Assembly (NCBI GenBank): GCA_963743145.1
Contig: CAVUOR010000002.1
Span: 43,022-107,021, forward strand
Source: an uncultured Actinomycetota bacterium
GTDB taxonomy: Bacteria; Actinomycetota; Actinomycetes; Mycobacteriales; Mycobacteriaceae
DNA: 64,000 nt
Reading direction: 5' to 3'
Shown here: positions 52,806 to 63,647 of the stretch, one piece after another
How positions within the stretch are numbered: the stretch's first letter is position 1
Layout of the letters: each line of letters starts with the position of its first letter
Position numbers and translations under genes: made by a program
The notes under the pieces: model-generated
Told to the model about the DNA's origin: nothing
Seen by the model: only the letters and a program-made list of their open reading frames with translations
Database searches by the model: none

Positions 52806-54790
52806 GTGTCCGTGCCCGAGCTGCTGGCCACCGCGGTGGCAGCGCTGGGCGGGAGCGAACGCAGCGGGCAACTGCAGATGGCCACCGCGGTGGCCCACGC
52901 CTTCGAGACCGGTGAGCACCTAGCCGTGCAGGCAGGGACCGGCACCGGAAAGTCGTTGGCGTACCTGGTTCCGGCGATTGTCCGCGCGGTGTCCGACGAC
53001 ACGCCGGTCGTGGTGTCCACCGCGACGATCGCGCTACAGCGCCAACTCGTCAATCGTGATCTGCCGCAGCTGGTCGACGCGCTCACCGATGCGCTACCCC
53101 GCCCGCCACGATTCGCGCTGCTCAAGGGACGTCAAAATTATTTGTGCCTCAACAAGATTCACAACGGTGCAGCGGCGAGTTCCGCTGAGGAATCACAGGA
53201 CGAGCTTTTCGAGCCGCAGGCCGTAACCGCGGTGGGCCGCGACGTACAACGGCTCACGGCGTGGGCGTCGACCACCGATACCGGTGACCGAGACGACCTC
53301 AAGCCGGGCGTGGCGGACCGGTCGTGGACCCACGTCAGCGTCTCCGCACGGGAATGCCTCGGCATGGCACGCTGCCCGTTCGGTACCGAATGCTTCGCCG
53401 AACGGGCGCGCGCCTGGCCGGCGCCGCCGATGTCGTCGTCACCAACCACGCGCTGCTGGCCATCGACGCCGTCGCCGACTCCGCCGTGCTGCCCGAACAC
53501 CAGCTGCTGATAGTCGACGAGGCGCACGAGCTGGTGGACCGCGTCACCGCGGTGGCCACCGGTGAGCTAACCCCGGCTGCGCTCGGCGTCGCCTCGCGGC
53601 GGATCAGCCGGTTGGTCGAACCAGAACTGTTGCAGCGGTGGGAAACGGCGTCAGCCGGCTTCGGCGCGGCCATTCACGACGCAACAGCAGGGCGCATCGA
53701 TCACCTCGACGACGAGTTGGCGACTCACCTGGCTGCGCTGCGCGATGCGGCGGGCACGGCGCGTTCGGCGATCGAGATGTCGCCGTCCGACCCCAAGGCG
53801 GCGTCGGCGCGCGCCGAGGCGGTCGCGGCGTTGGCCGAGATCGGCGACACGGCGTCGCGGGTTCTGGCGTCGTTCGGCCCGGCGGTCCCCGACCGCACCG
53901 ACGTGGTGTGGCTGGACCACGAGGACAACCGCGGTTCGACCCGTGCTGTGCTACGTGTGGCGCCACTGGCGGTCGCGGGATTGCTGCGCAACCGGTTATT
54001 CGCCCACTCGACCGCGGTTTTGACGTCGGCCACGCTGACCGTCGGCGGAGCCTTCGACGCGATGGCCGCCGCGTGGGGCCTGGTCGGCGCCCAGCGCGAT
54101 GACGAGCCCCGCTGGCGCGGGCTCGATGTCGGATCGCCGTTTCAGCACGCCAAAGCCGGGATCCTCTATGTCGCAGCCCATCTGCCTCCGCCCGGCCGCG
54201 ACGGCACCGGCTCCGCGGAGCAGCTCAATGAGATCGCCGACCTTGTCACCGCAGCAGGCGGGCGAACGCTCGGGCTGTTCTCGTCGATGCGCGCGGCACG
54301 CGCGGCCGCCGAGGCGATGTCCGAACGACTGTCGACACCGGTGTTGTGTCAGGGCGACGACAGCACCGCCACGCTCGTCGAGCAGTTCGCCGCCGATGCG
54401 GCGACGTCCCTGTTCGGCACGCTGTCGCTGTGGCAGGGCGTTGACGTGCCCGGCCCGTCGTTGTCGTTGGTCATCATCGACCGCATTCCGTTTCCGCGGC
54501 CCGACGATCCGTTGCTCGGCGCCCGGCAGCGTGCGGTGGCTGCCCGCGGCGGCAACGGATTCATGGCCGTGGCCGCCAGCCACGCCGCGCTGCTGCTGGC
54601 GCAGGGGGCCGGGCGGCTGCTACGTGGCGTTGACGACCGCGGGGTGGTGGCGGTACTGGACTCTCGAATGGCCACCGCTCGCTACGGCGGCTACCTGCGC
54701 GCCTCGCTACCGCCGTTCTGGCCGACCACGGATGGCGCTGCTGTGCGCGCGGCTCTTGAGCGGCTGCGCACCGCACTGGAGGGCCACTAG
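52806..54790 (+). CDS. dinG: DinG-family ATP-dependent helicase (frameshift near 53415)
   Basis: QAGTGTGKS, KGRQNYLC, VVTNH, DEAH, WQGVD, QGAGRLLR across two frames. Confidence 0.88.
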
Positions 54791-54817
54791 GCAGGTCTGG
54801 TTAAGCGGGTGATCTCG

Positions 54818-55942
54818 TTATTGTCGGATCTCGAAGGTGAATTCGTGGCCACAGATCCGGATGTGGTCACCGTCGACGAGGGTGGCACTGGGATGCAAAC
54901 GCCGACCCTGCACCAGCACTCCGTTGGCTGATCTCAGATCGGTGATCATAAAACTGCTTCCGGTATCGATGATTACAGCGTGATGGCGACTGACCTCGGC
55001 ATCGTTGAGAACGATGTCGTTGTCGGCCAGGCGCCCTATCCGCATAGCCGGCGCGTGCAGCGGGTAGCGCCGTCCTGAGGCATCGCGCAACCCCGCGACA
55101 GTAGACGGGCGGATGAGAGCGTTGCAGGCGGTGCTGAGGGTGCGGGCCGCGGTGGTCCTGGCGGCCTGCTTGGCGTCCAGACGCTCCTGGCGCAGGATTC
55201 GCAGATGCAAGCCCTCGACCGTGGGCCCGGGGTCGATGCCTAGATCCTCTGCTAGCGCCGTCTTTAGACGCCGATAGGTCTCCAGCGCGTCGGACTGACG
55301 TTCAGCAACGTAATAGGCAGTGATCAGCTGCGACCACAACGGTTCATGATAGGGATGCTCGGCAGCAAGTTCTTCGAGTTCACTGATAACGGCATAAGCA
55401 CGCCCGCAAGCGATTTCGGCTTCAGCGCGGGCAGTGTGGGCCCACACATTCTCTTCTGTCAGCGCAGTGGCGAACGCCTCGACGAAAGCGAAGTCGCGCA
55501 AGTCATCAAGTACGGGTCCCCGCCATTCGGCCAGCGCGGCCGACAGGTGGCTGCTGGCCTCTTCGAAATGTCCCATTGCGGTGGCGTGAATCCCCGCGGC
55601 CTTTTCGGCGATGAAACGGTCCAGATCGCAATCGCCGTCAGCGACGCTGAGTTGATATCCCGGCGGTGCGCTCGCCAACACCGTGTGAGGGTCCACGTCA
55701 GCGCTGCCCAGGATTCGGCGGAGGTTGGAGACGTAGGAGTGAATACTCGCGCGTACCGCCGGCGCCGGAGACTGATCCCAAGCGGCGTGGACCAACGAAT
55801 CCGTGGCCACCGGCCGATTACGGTTGATCAGCAGCACGGCCAACACCGCTCGCTGTTTGGGCGTACCCAATGCCATCGGTGTGCCGGCCACAGTCATCAA
55901 TAGCGGGCCCAAAAGACCGAACCCGAGGCGACTACCGCCCAT
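54818..55942 (-). CDS. EmbR-like SARP regulator (wHTH + BTAD + FHA)
   Basis: LLGPL..PKQRAVLA, WRGPVL, DLGIDPG, IGRL.DNDIVL...VSRHHA..SANG. Confidence 0.92.
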   Translation of the reverse strand: MGGSRLGFGLLGPLLMTVAGTPMALGTPKQRAVLAVLLINRNRPVATDSLVHAAWDQSPAPAVRASIHSYVSNLRRILGSADVDPHTVLASAPPGYQLSVADGDCDLDRFIAEKAAGIHATAMGHFEEASSHLSAALAEWRGPVLDDLRDFAFVEAFATALTEENVWAHTARAEAEIACGRAYAVISELEELAAEHPYHEPLWSQLITAYYVAERQSDALETYRRLKTALAEDLGIDPGPTVEGLHLRILRQERLDAKQAARTTAARTLSTACNALIRPSTVAGLRDASGRRYPLHAPAMRIGRLADNDIVLNDAEVSRHHAVIIDTGSSFMITDLRSANGVLVQGRRLHPSATLVDGDHIRICGHEFTFEIRQ

Positions 55943-56175
55943 CGCGCTTCCAGCCCTCCAGGTCACCAGCGACTTCGACTTCTTATTGTGACGGCACCGG
56001 ACCGATCAGCTCCCACGATCGCCGATTGGGGTGACTTGAGCACCTACCGCGTGGAGGCTAAGCGGTGGAATTGTGAGATCCGAGGCGTTTCTCCGAAATC
56101 CTCAGGACGCCGGGAACTCGTCTGTGTTTCCGGACAACTGCCTAGCAGGTCGTGGTAGTAGCTGAGCAATGTTCA

Positions 56176-57664
56176 CTAGGACCATCTGATCAGCTTTAGA
56201 TTGGGCAGACTGAGGTCGTTTTGGGAGGCAATACGCGTGGCTTTGCTATTGGGTTCGACGCCGACGACGTACATTCCGCCCGGCGAGTTACTGTTAAAGA
56301 ACGCGAGTTTGGTGGCATCGGGGCTGCTTACGGGTTGCGAAACATTCTCGATGCCCAAGTCGAATACTTCCACTGCATTCTGGTTGGTTTGGTTGATCAC
56401 CGGGCAGCCCTCGCCGTTGTGTCCGACGGGGTATTTGGCGATCACGAACCCTGGCGACGAGGGACTGGTGGGGCTGGTGGCGAGACCGATATTAGTGGTG
56501 ACGGTCACCCGGTAATCGGGTCCCAGCCACTTTCCGGGCATGTTCTGGCATCCGAAATTCAGGGTGCCGTCGATGTTGAGTAGCGGGTTGGTCTGAACTT
56601 GGGGGGTCGGCGTGACCTCTTGTGGGTTCGATGTTGATCCTGCCGACACCTTGTATAGGTGACTGTTGTTATTACCTTGAGCTGCCCAGTAGTAGAAGTT
56701 CCCCGCTCCGTCGAAGACGGGTGCGCTGTAGGTCGGTGGCAAGCTTTGAGGGAAATCCCCACTGGCCGCTGGGGCCGGGCTGACTGCGGTGAAATTTCCG
56801 TTGGTGTCGATCCACCCGGCCCGCGGTAGGGCTCTCGTTGGGTTGGAGGTGTCTGTTTTTACGACGGCGAATTTGGTCAGATCTGGTGACAGTTCCAAGA
56901 AGTCGGAGTCTTGGGGCATTCCGACCTTGAACGATGAGACGTGCGCATATTTGCCGGTGGTGGGATCAATGTAGCCAAAATTGGCTGTGTCCCAACTATC
57001 ACCCGAGGCCACCAAAATGCCCGACGTCGGTACCGGTGCCGACGAGCTGTTTGCGGGCGCCTGCCCCGCTGAGCCAGAGCCGGCAGTCCCCGCTCGAGAA
57101 GCCCGCGCGGACTGTTGCGGGAAGAAGTGGTTGTAGGCGGGGTAGACCACTTTCAAACTCGCCGGTACCGCCGCGCCGACGACGAGCACGATCGCGGTGA
57201 CGACCATGGCCTTGCGTAGGCCTGACTGGTGCGACCGCAGCGTGACGGCTGCGCCGATGATCGCGATCGCGGCGACGAGCAGGATGCCTGGCAGGAACGT
57301 TCCGAGTGCCACGCGGCTAGCCACCAGGGCCGCAATGGCCAGTACCAGCGCTAGGCCCGCGAGCACGAGCCCCACTTTGCTGACGCGAGACTTGGCCCGG
57401 GACCTAGCGGGCGCCTGCGGAGGCGGTAGTGGCGGTGGCGGCGGTGGCGGTGGCTTAGCCGCGGGCGGTGGGGGTTGTGGAGGCACTTTAGCCGCGGGCG
57501 GTGGGGGCGCTGGCGGCGGCGGCGTGGACTCGACGGGCACCTGCGCCTGTCGCGCCGCTGGCTTTCGCTGACGGTGCGGTGTCCAGTCCTGACCGTCCCA
57601 ATAACGCTGTGCGTTTGCGTCTTCGGGGATCGTCGTACCAGCCGGGCTGGCGGGGTGTCGTCAT
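56176..57664 (-). CDS. DUF2510-like, Pro-rich membrane protein with large extracellular domain (frameshift near 57627)
   Basis: MTTPRQPGWYDDP then QRYWDGQDWTPHRQRK in frame with ORF 56176-57540; three TMs; beta-rich C-terminus. Confidence 0.75.
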
Positions 57665-58140
57665 AGGCTCCTCCCCGGGTGGTTGAGCCCCCCACGTGGA
57701 ACGGACATTAGCGTAAACGCCACGCATTCGCGACGTTTCCGAGTCATTGCTCTCTTGACACCGACGCACCACCGCGACGAGTGCAAAACGTCCTAAATCC
57801 CTTGCTGGAATGGATTCTTGACGCCGACAGGCCTGCTCGTCGCACTCGGATAAATCGCAGCTCAGGTCGCGAGTCAAATCACCGGTGAAGTTTTCAGCGC
57901 AGTCGCGGCCATGTCGTGTCCCGTGTGCCCAAATCTGCATAAGCAGTATCCCAACAGACATCTCTCTCACATCAATCGGACAGCCGACTGACCGCGCACC
58001 CATCCGGTCCACCATGGACCATCTCGATGCCAACGTCAGGGCCGGACGGGGTGCCCAGAAATCTCTCGTTATGCACAACTCAGTCGCCTGGTGTCTGTGG
58101 TGCTCTAAAGCTTATGCGGTGCACGGTATTTCAGCGACAG

Positions 58141-58248
58141 CTAACCTACCGCGAGTTCACCACCTGGTTTCCGCCAGTGTCAGTGAGGTAGATATTGCCG
58201 ACGCTGTCCACCGCCACATCGGCGGGGTTGTTCAGGCCGGTGAACGGC
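58141..58248 (-). pseudogene. Single NHL-repeat remnant (PknD-type sensor C-terminus)
   Basis: PFTGLNNPADVAVDSVGNIYLTDTGGNQVV. Confidence 0.65.
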
Positions 58249-58472
58249 CGCCTTGGAGGATTCTTGGCGGATCGGTGCGACGCTTGGGCGCTGTCGATCG
58301 GCGCTCAGCCCGAGATTGGGCGGCGACGGCGTCGCGCACACCGACGGTGATCGACAGCAAGCCTTTCGCCGGCCAATGCGTTCATCGGGGTAGACGCCCG
58401 GTCGGCTTAGCTGCGCGGTGCATACCGTGGCGAATCGGGCACGGACGAATCCTTTGAGAATCCTCCAAGGCG
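58249..58472. repeat. 16-bp perfect inverted repeat pair (58249-58264 and 58457-58472)
   Basis: CGCCTTGGAGGATTCT ... AGAATCCTCCAAGGCG. Confidence 0.8.
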
Positions 58473-58650
58473 TCAGTTCCATCCTGATAGGACCGGCCGT
58501 ACGGCCGCCACACAAGGCCTGGACCACCAAACGCCATCGGCGCACCTGAAAGCACCAGGATTGTCAGGAGATAGGAACCCGACAATGCACCAACCCCGTT
58601 ACAACCAGCGGGCCACGAGACACCACAAGAGCCGTCGGGTCCTCACGCGG

Positions 58651-59394
58651 ATGAGCACACCGGTTGTGACGCTGTTTCGAGCGGTCTCCGCTGTCCTTAA
58701 AATAGGTTCAGCGCGTGCCGCGGCGACGGGAGCGGGTTTCCTCAGCACCATGGCGATGGTTGTTGCACCGCCCGCTTACGCAAATGTCGATCTGGCTGTC
58801 GGAATGCCGATCACTATCGGTAACCATGGCTGCTCGCTTGGATTCTTCGGGTTCGACGCCCGCCAGGATCGACTCGCGGTAACCGCCGGTCATTGTTCGG
58901 ACTACGAGCCGAACGAGCCCGTCTACGCCGACAACGGCGTGCAGATCGGGGAGGTTGTCGCCTGGAAGCAGGACGCGGAAAGCACGTCGGGCAAGCTGAT
59001 CGGCGCCCGTGGATACACGGTAATTTCGCTATATTCACGGTTTTCATTGGAACCGTTCTTTACCGGCGTCCGCTCGTCGGTCGGCGACGGCGACTATGTC
59101 ACCAAGTTCGGTCAACGCACGGGCAAGACCAACGGCGTTATCGAGGACGTTGAATTCGACCGCAGCAGGCCCGACTTGGCGTTGCTGTCGTCGAACCTTG
59201 TCCAACTGCCTGGCGACTCCGGTTGTCCCTGGTACACCAACGGGGACGCGTTGGTTGGAATGGCTTCGAGCGGAGATGAAGAACAGGATGGCGGCGACGC
59301 CGGCAGTCAGGCTCAACCGATCCAAGCAGTGCTCGACATGATCCGCGCGAACGCCGATGTTTGGGGCGACGACTTCAAGGTGTGGACACAATGA
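58651..59394 (+). CDS. Secreted trypsin-like (S1) serine protease (start uncertain)
   Basis: TAGHC and GDSG catalytic motifs; AYA cleavage site. Confidence 0.8.
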   Translation: MSTPVVTLFRAVSAVLKIGSARAAATGAGFLSTMAMVVAPPAYANVDLAVGMPITIGNHGCSLGFFGFDARQDRLAVTAGHCSDYEPNEPVYADNGVQIGEVVAWKQDAESTSGKLIGARGYTVISLYSRFSLEPFFTGVRSSVGDGDYVTKFGQRTGKTNGVIEDVEFDRSRPDLALLSSNLVQLPGDSGCPWYTNGDALVGMASSGDEEQDGGDAGSQAQPIQAVLDMIRANADVWGDDFKVWTQ

Positions 59395-59472
59395 GTCTGT
59401 CGCCGAAGGGGTCTGAACCGCCTCGGATATCCGAAGACCGCACTCACCCCCGCATGGGAGCAGGACGCAGAC

Positions 59473-60366
59473 TCAGGAGGGCCATCTCTGCCCCTGCGAC
59501 CGAAGCATCCAAAGCCGGACGACACCCCCGGCGATGACGATCACCGCCGCCGAGAACAACAGTAACCCGAACCCATACGAAGACTTAATCCCGGCCGAGG
59601 CATCATTGTCGCGGAAGACGGCAAACCACAGCGGGACGCTCAATACCATCAGACCGACCACCGCAGATAATCCCAGGAGCCGCCTGGGCGACATCGTGCT
59701 CCCGGCGAAAACGGGCCACGCCAGCCACGCGGCGGCGACGATCGGCACCAGCAGCGCGAACCTGCCTCCTGAGCTGGTCCCGACTGTCCCCTGGGAGCCG
59801 ACAGTCGTCCCAAACACGGTGACGCTCTGTGTGACCGTCTCCCACGTGAGAAATATGCTGATCGTGGCTGCCACCAAGCCGCCGATGAGGAGCCAGGCTG
59901 TGGCCCCGAGTTGTTTGACCGCACCCTGCACCGTCGCAAAGCTCGCCGACGGCATCTGACCGACGCCGGCGCCGGTCTCGGGTGGAGGTGGGAACCAAGC
60001 TGGTGGCGGTGGTTGCGTGGGCACACCAGCGCCCTGCCCTGCTCCTTCGTCGTAATTGGCCGGCGGGGGCGGCAGGTTGGGCGGCGGAGGCGGCAGATTC
60101 GACGGCGGCGGAGCCTGCTGCGGCGGCGGCGGCAGATTCGACGGCGGCGGAGCCTGCAGCGGCGGCGGCGGCAGATTCGACGGCGGCGGAGCCTCCAGCG
60201 GCGGGGGCGGCAGATTTGACGGCGGCGGAGGCGGAGTGGAGGACCTTGCGGAAGGCAAGGTGGACTTCCGTTGACGGTGGGGTGTCCAGTCCTGACCGTC
60301 CCAGTAACGCTGTGCATTCGAGTCGTCTGGGTCGTCGTACCAGCCGGGCTGGTTGGGCATCGTCAT
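59473..60366 (-). CDS. DUF2510-like Pro-rich membrane protein
   Basis: PGWYDDP..QRYWDGQDWTPHRQRK, Pro repeats, four TMs. Confidence 0.8.
   Translation of the reverse strand: MTMPNQPGWYDDPDDSNAQRYWDGQDWTPHRQRKSTLPSARSSTPPPPPSNLPPPPLEAPPPSNLPPPPLQAPPPSNLPPPPQQAPPPSNLPPPPPNLPPPPANYDEGAGQGAGVPTQPPPPAWFPPPPETGAGVGQMPSASFATVQGAVKQLGATAWLLIGGLVAATISIFLTWETVTQSVTVFGTTVGSQGTVGTSSGGRFALLVPIVAAAWLAWPVFAGSTMSPRRLLGLSAVVGLMVLSVPLWFAVFRDNDASAGIKSSYGFGLLLFSAAVIVIAGGVVRLWMLRSQGQRWPS
60082..60235. repeat. 39-bp tandem repeat, about 4 copies (encodes APPPSNLPPPPxx)
   Basis: CAGATTYGAC recurs at 60094, 60133, 60172 and 60211. Confidence 0.85.
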
Positions 60367-60849
60367 GGGCAATCCTCCCGGTTGGCTGAACTACACCCGT
60401 GAAAGGAAGAATAGCGCGGGCGTTGACCATCAGCGCCGTTTACCGGCCACCATTCGTTTGACCGCCTTCCGTAGGCACCCCATGCCGAAGACTGAATCGG
60501 TTGCAACCAAGACCCGGTCAGCTGATTTCGCTCTCCGCGTCGGCTTTAGCGTTGGCGACGATCAGGCAGTCACCGCCTCGATTCCTTCGCCGAATTAGGC
60601 GACCCGACAATGGGTCCGACGAAGGGCAGTCTAACTATCCGGCCGCGCGGGTCCAGGTCGCGGGCCTGCGAAGTACTAGCCGCTGCTATGGGTCTCGGCG
60701 GGTTGGGCCTGCGGTCGTGAACAGCAGATATGCCCTGAGCGGATGCGGCGAAAAAGGTGCTGGCGCGTGAGTGCTGCAGTTACACTCTGACGGCCGGGTT
60801 ACGAGGTTATGTCAGTCGAACCCAATCAGTCGGGAAGAGTGGGGGTCTT

Positions 60850-61518
60850 GTGGTCGAGCCCAAGGGATCGATTCTTCTGGTCTACTTCGTTGCCGATGAA
60901 TCCGGCTCGATGGGACCCAATATCGGCGAACTCAACGGTGGCCTAGCCTCGCTGCTCGACGAATTGCAACGAGAGTCGTTCGCCGCGGCCAAGGTACGGT
61001 TGTCGGTGATTGGGTTCTCCGACACCGCGTTCACCTACCTTGAACCCGCTGACTTGCGTGGCCTTCAGGGGATGCCGGTGCTGACCGCCCAGAGCCTGAC
61101 CTCCTACGCCGCGGCCTTCGACCAGCTCTCCTACCGAATCAGGGTTGACATTCCCAGTTTGAAGGCTCAGGGATACACGGTGCATCGACCGGCGGTGTTT
61201 TTCTTGACTGATGGCCTGCCGAACGAACACGAGGATTGGCGCTCAGTTCGAGCGAATCTGCTCGCCGAACCTGCGGCGCCGAACATCCTTTCCTTTGGAA
61301 TCGGCGATGCCGACGCGGCGATCGTCACCGAGCTAGCGACCAAGCCGCACTTCGCCTTTGTGGCCGCGCGCGGGGTGGACACGGGTGCGGCAATCTCAGA
61401 GTTTATTACCTCGCTGACGCAGTCGGTGATCAGCTCCGGACAGGCCATCGCGTCCGGCTCGGCTGAATTGCAATTTGAGAAGCCAGAAGGGTTTACCTTG
61501 GCCGTCGACGTCGTCTAG
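60850..61518 (+). CDS. TerY-like VWA domain protein
   Basis: YFVADESGSM MIDAS, RPAVFFLTDGLP. Confidence 0.85.
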   Translation: MVEPKGSILLVYFVADESGSMGPNIGELNGGLASLLDELQRESFAAAKVRLSVIGFSDTAFTYLEPADLRGLQGMPVLTAQSLTSYAAAFDQLSYRIRVDIPSLKAQGYTVHRPAVFFLTDGLPNEHEDWRSVRANLLAEPAAPNILSFGIGDADAAIVTELATKPHFAFVAARGVDTGAAISEFITSLTQSVISSGQAIASGSAELQFEKPEGFTLAVDVV

Positions 61519-61528
61519 GCCAACTTTC

Positions 61529-62584
61529 ATGATGGCCTGGCGGAGCCGAAAACACGGGAGACCTCACAACGATGACCCCACTGAGCCGCTGAACCGGCCG
61601 GCAGTCCGGGACCCCGCCACGTCGGGGGTCTCCGATGTCATCGGTGCCACCGTTGTACCGCAGATTACGGTGGGATCACCCTCGCCAGCGGTGGAACCTT
61701 CAGTGATCGCTACGGGTTACTGCTCGTTGCCTTTTCGTCCCGATGTAGTGCTTGATGGATGGTCCACCGACGCCATCACGGTACGTGGGGTGTCGCAGCG
61801 CGGACATCTGCACCGCTATAACGGCGCGCCGCGTCAAGATGATTTCGCATTGCACCACTTACCCGATGGACGGGTGATTGTCCTTGTCGCCGATGGCGTT
61901 TCGGGGGCACCGCAATCCCATATCGGCGCCAGCACGGCTATCAGGCAAGCCGCAGAATGGCTGCACTCCAATCTTGGCGATGACATCGCCAACACCGACT
62001 GGTCAGCTCTGCTGAAAAGCGCTGCGTGGGCGCTCACTGAACGAGCCCAAACGCTTTTGGGACTTGACGGGCCCGACCCGGTGCGCGCTGAAGAGGAACT
62101 CGCGACGACTTTGGTGTGTGCGGTGATCGAGCCAACCGGTCCTCAGACCCTGCGCGCCTCTCTGATGAGCGCGGGTGATTCGGCTGCCTGGCTGCTTTCA
62201 GCGGGACAGTTCGTTGAGATCTTGGGTGGCAAGACGGTACCAGACTCCGGGATTTCGTCATCGGCGGTGGTTGGTTTGCCGCGTGTGCCAACCGAAGTTA
62301 CGCGTGCGGTAGTCGACATCGCAGGCAGCGATGTGCTGTTGATCGGCACCGACGGGATCGGAGATCCGTTGGGTACTGGACAGGGCGGGGTGGGCGACCT
62401 GTTCCGCGAGGTATTGACCAAACCGTCGATTCCATCGCTGATCGAATTTTCCCACGCAGTGGACTTCAGCCGCGAAACCTTTGATGATGACCGGACTTTG
62501 GTTGCGGTGTGGCCACGAAAGGAGACCTCCCTGCGCAGGCCGGCGCAACCGCGGCAGCCCAGCACTGTGGATGGTCTGCGTTGA
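61529..62584 (+). CDS. PP2C-like protein phosphatase (TerY-P type)
   Basis: RGHLH....PRQDD, VADGVS, GDS, GTDG, DDDRT. Confidence 0.88.
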   Translation: MMAWRSRKHGRPHNDDPTEPLNRPAVRDPATSGVSDVIGATVVPQITVGSPSPAVEPSVIATGYCSLPFRPDVVLDGWSTDAITVRGVSQRGHLHRYNGAPRQDDFALHHLPDGRVIVLVADGVSGAPQSHIGASTAIRQAAEWLHSNLGDDIANTDWSALLKSAAWALTERAQTLLGLDGPDPVRAEEELATTLVCAVIEPTGPQTLRASLMSAGDSAAWLLSAGQFVEILGGKTVPDSGISSSAVVGLPRVPTEVTRAVVDIAGSDVLLIGTDGIGDPLGTGQGGVGDLFREVLTKPSIPSLIEFSHAVDFSRETFDDDRTLVAVWPRKETSLRRPAQPRQPSTVDGLR

Positions 62585-62746
62585 CACGGCATTTCATGCA
62601 ACGCAAAAACTGCCCTGATTAACGATTCGCTGTCTCACGCTCAGGCCGAACAGTCGATCCAGGTTGCGGCGTGGCCGTGCGCTCGCTTCGAAGACACCAG
62701 CACGTCAACGGGATTCGTGCTGGGGCCCGCCCGCTCGGCCCTGAGC

Positions 62747-63430
62747 TTATTCTCCGTCGTCATCGTCATCCGACGAATCCGGGGTGCAGTCCTTCCAGCG
62801 GCCATCCTCTCTGACGAATTTCTCGTTTTCAGTGACGGGTTGATCTGGCACCTTCTCAAACTTAGCGGTGACATCGGCGGTTGCCTGGTCGCCGGTCACG
62901 TGGATGTTGGCCACTGAAGCCGACATGGTTCCAAGTTCGGCCCGGAGCGTACGAAGCTTTTGGGCCTCTTGTGCTTTGGAAGCTCTTGCTTTGCAGTCCG
63001 TTTCCGGATCGAACGAGAAGTTGGAGTTGTTGTAGGCGGTAGCCTCGTGTTGGACGAGCGCCTTGATCTGGTCCTCAGGTGAGGCAGGAGCGCTCTTGCC
63101 GAAGTGCTTGTACCCCAAAAAGCCGCCAACGGCCAACACAACGAGTGCCGCGATGACCCCGATGACCACGACCGGATTGTTCGAATGTTGCGGTGGCAGC
63201 CCGGCGGGCTGCTGACGCTCAGGCACCCACGGACCCGGTTGATTCTGCGGTGGCGGGTACGCGACGCTGGACGCGTGCGTAGGCGCTGGCGGCGGCAAAT
63301 TCGGCGCCGAAGACTGCGGCGAAAACGGCTTTCGTTGACGGTGCGGCGTCCAGGCTTGACCGTCCCAATAACGCTGCCCGTTAGCGTCCTGCGGGTCGTC
63401 GTACCAGCCGGGCGGAGTGGACGTTGTCAT
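62747..63430 (-). CDS. DUF2510-like single-TM protein with NTF2-like extracellular domain
   Basis: PGWYDDP..QRYWDGQAWTPHRQRK; TM; IHVTGDQATADV..FVREDGRWKDC. Confidence 0.8.
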   Translation of the reverse strand: MTTSTPPGWYDDPQDANGQRYWDGQAWTPHRQRKPFSPQSSAPNLPPPAPTHASSVAYPPPQNQPGPWVPERQQPAGLPPQHSNNPVVVIGVIAALVVLAVGGFLGYKHFGKSAPASPEDQIKALVQHEATAYNNSNFSFDPETDCKARASKAQEAQKLRTLRAELGTMSASVANIHVTGDQATADVTAKFEKVPDQPVTENEKFVREDGRWKDCTPDSSDDDDDGE

Positions 63431-63647
63431 GGGTGAAGCCTCCTGGTTCGCTAAACCGTACTTTTCGAAAGGAAATAGCAAGAAAGGGCGTTCGACGACC
63501 GCGCCGAAAGATTATCCCGCTCACTCAGCAAACCACAACGACAGGCTGGGCCCAGCGGAAATTCGCATCTTGAGCGTGAACCCAACGTGCGCTACTACGA
63601 CGATACTCAGTCCCGGCTGTACGATCTTCGCCACCGGCAACGATGAA

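Noticed and set aside
60082-60235. Possible CRISPR-like array
   Set aside because: In-frame coding Pro-rich tandem repeat with no unique spacers and no cas genes. No CRISPR array was seen in the window.
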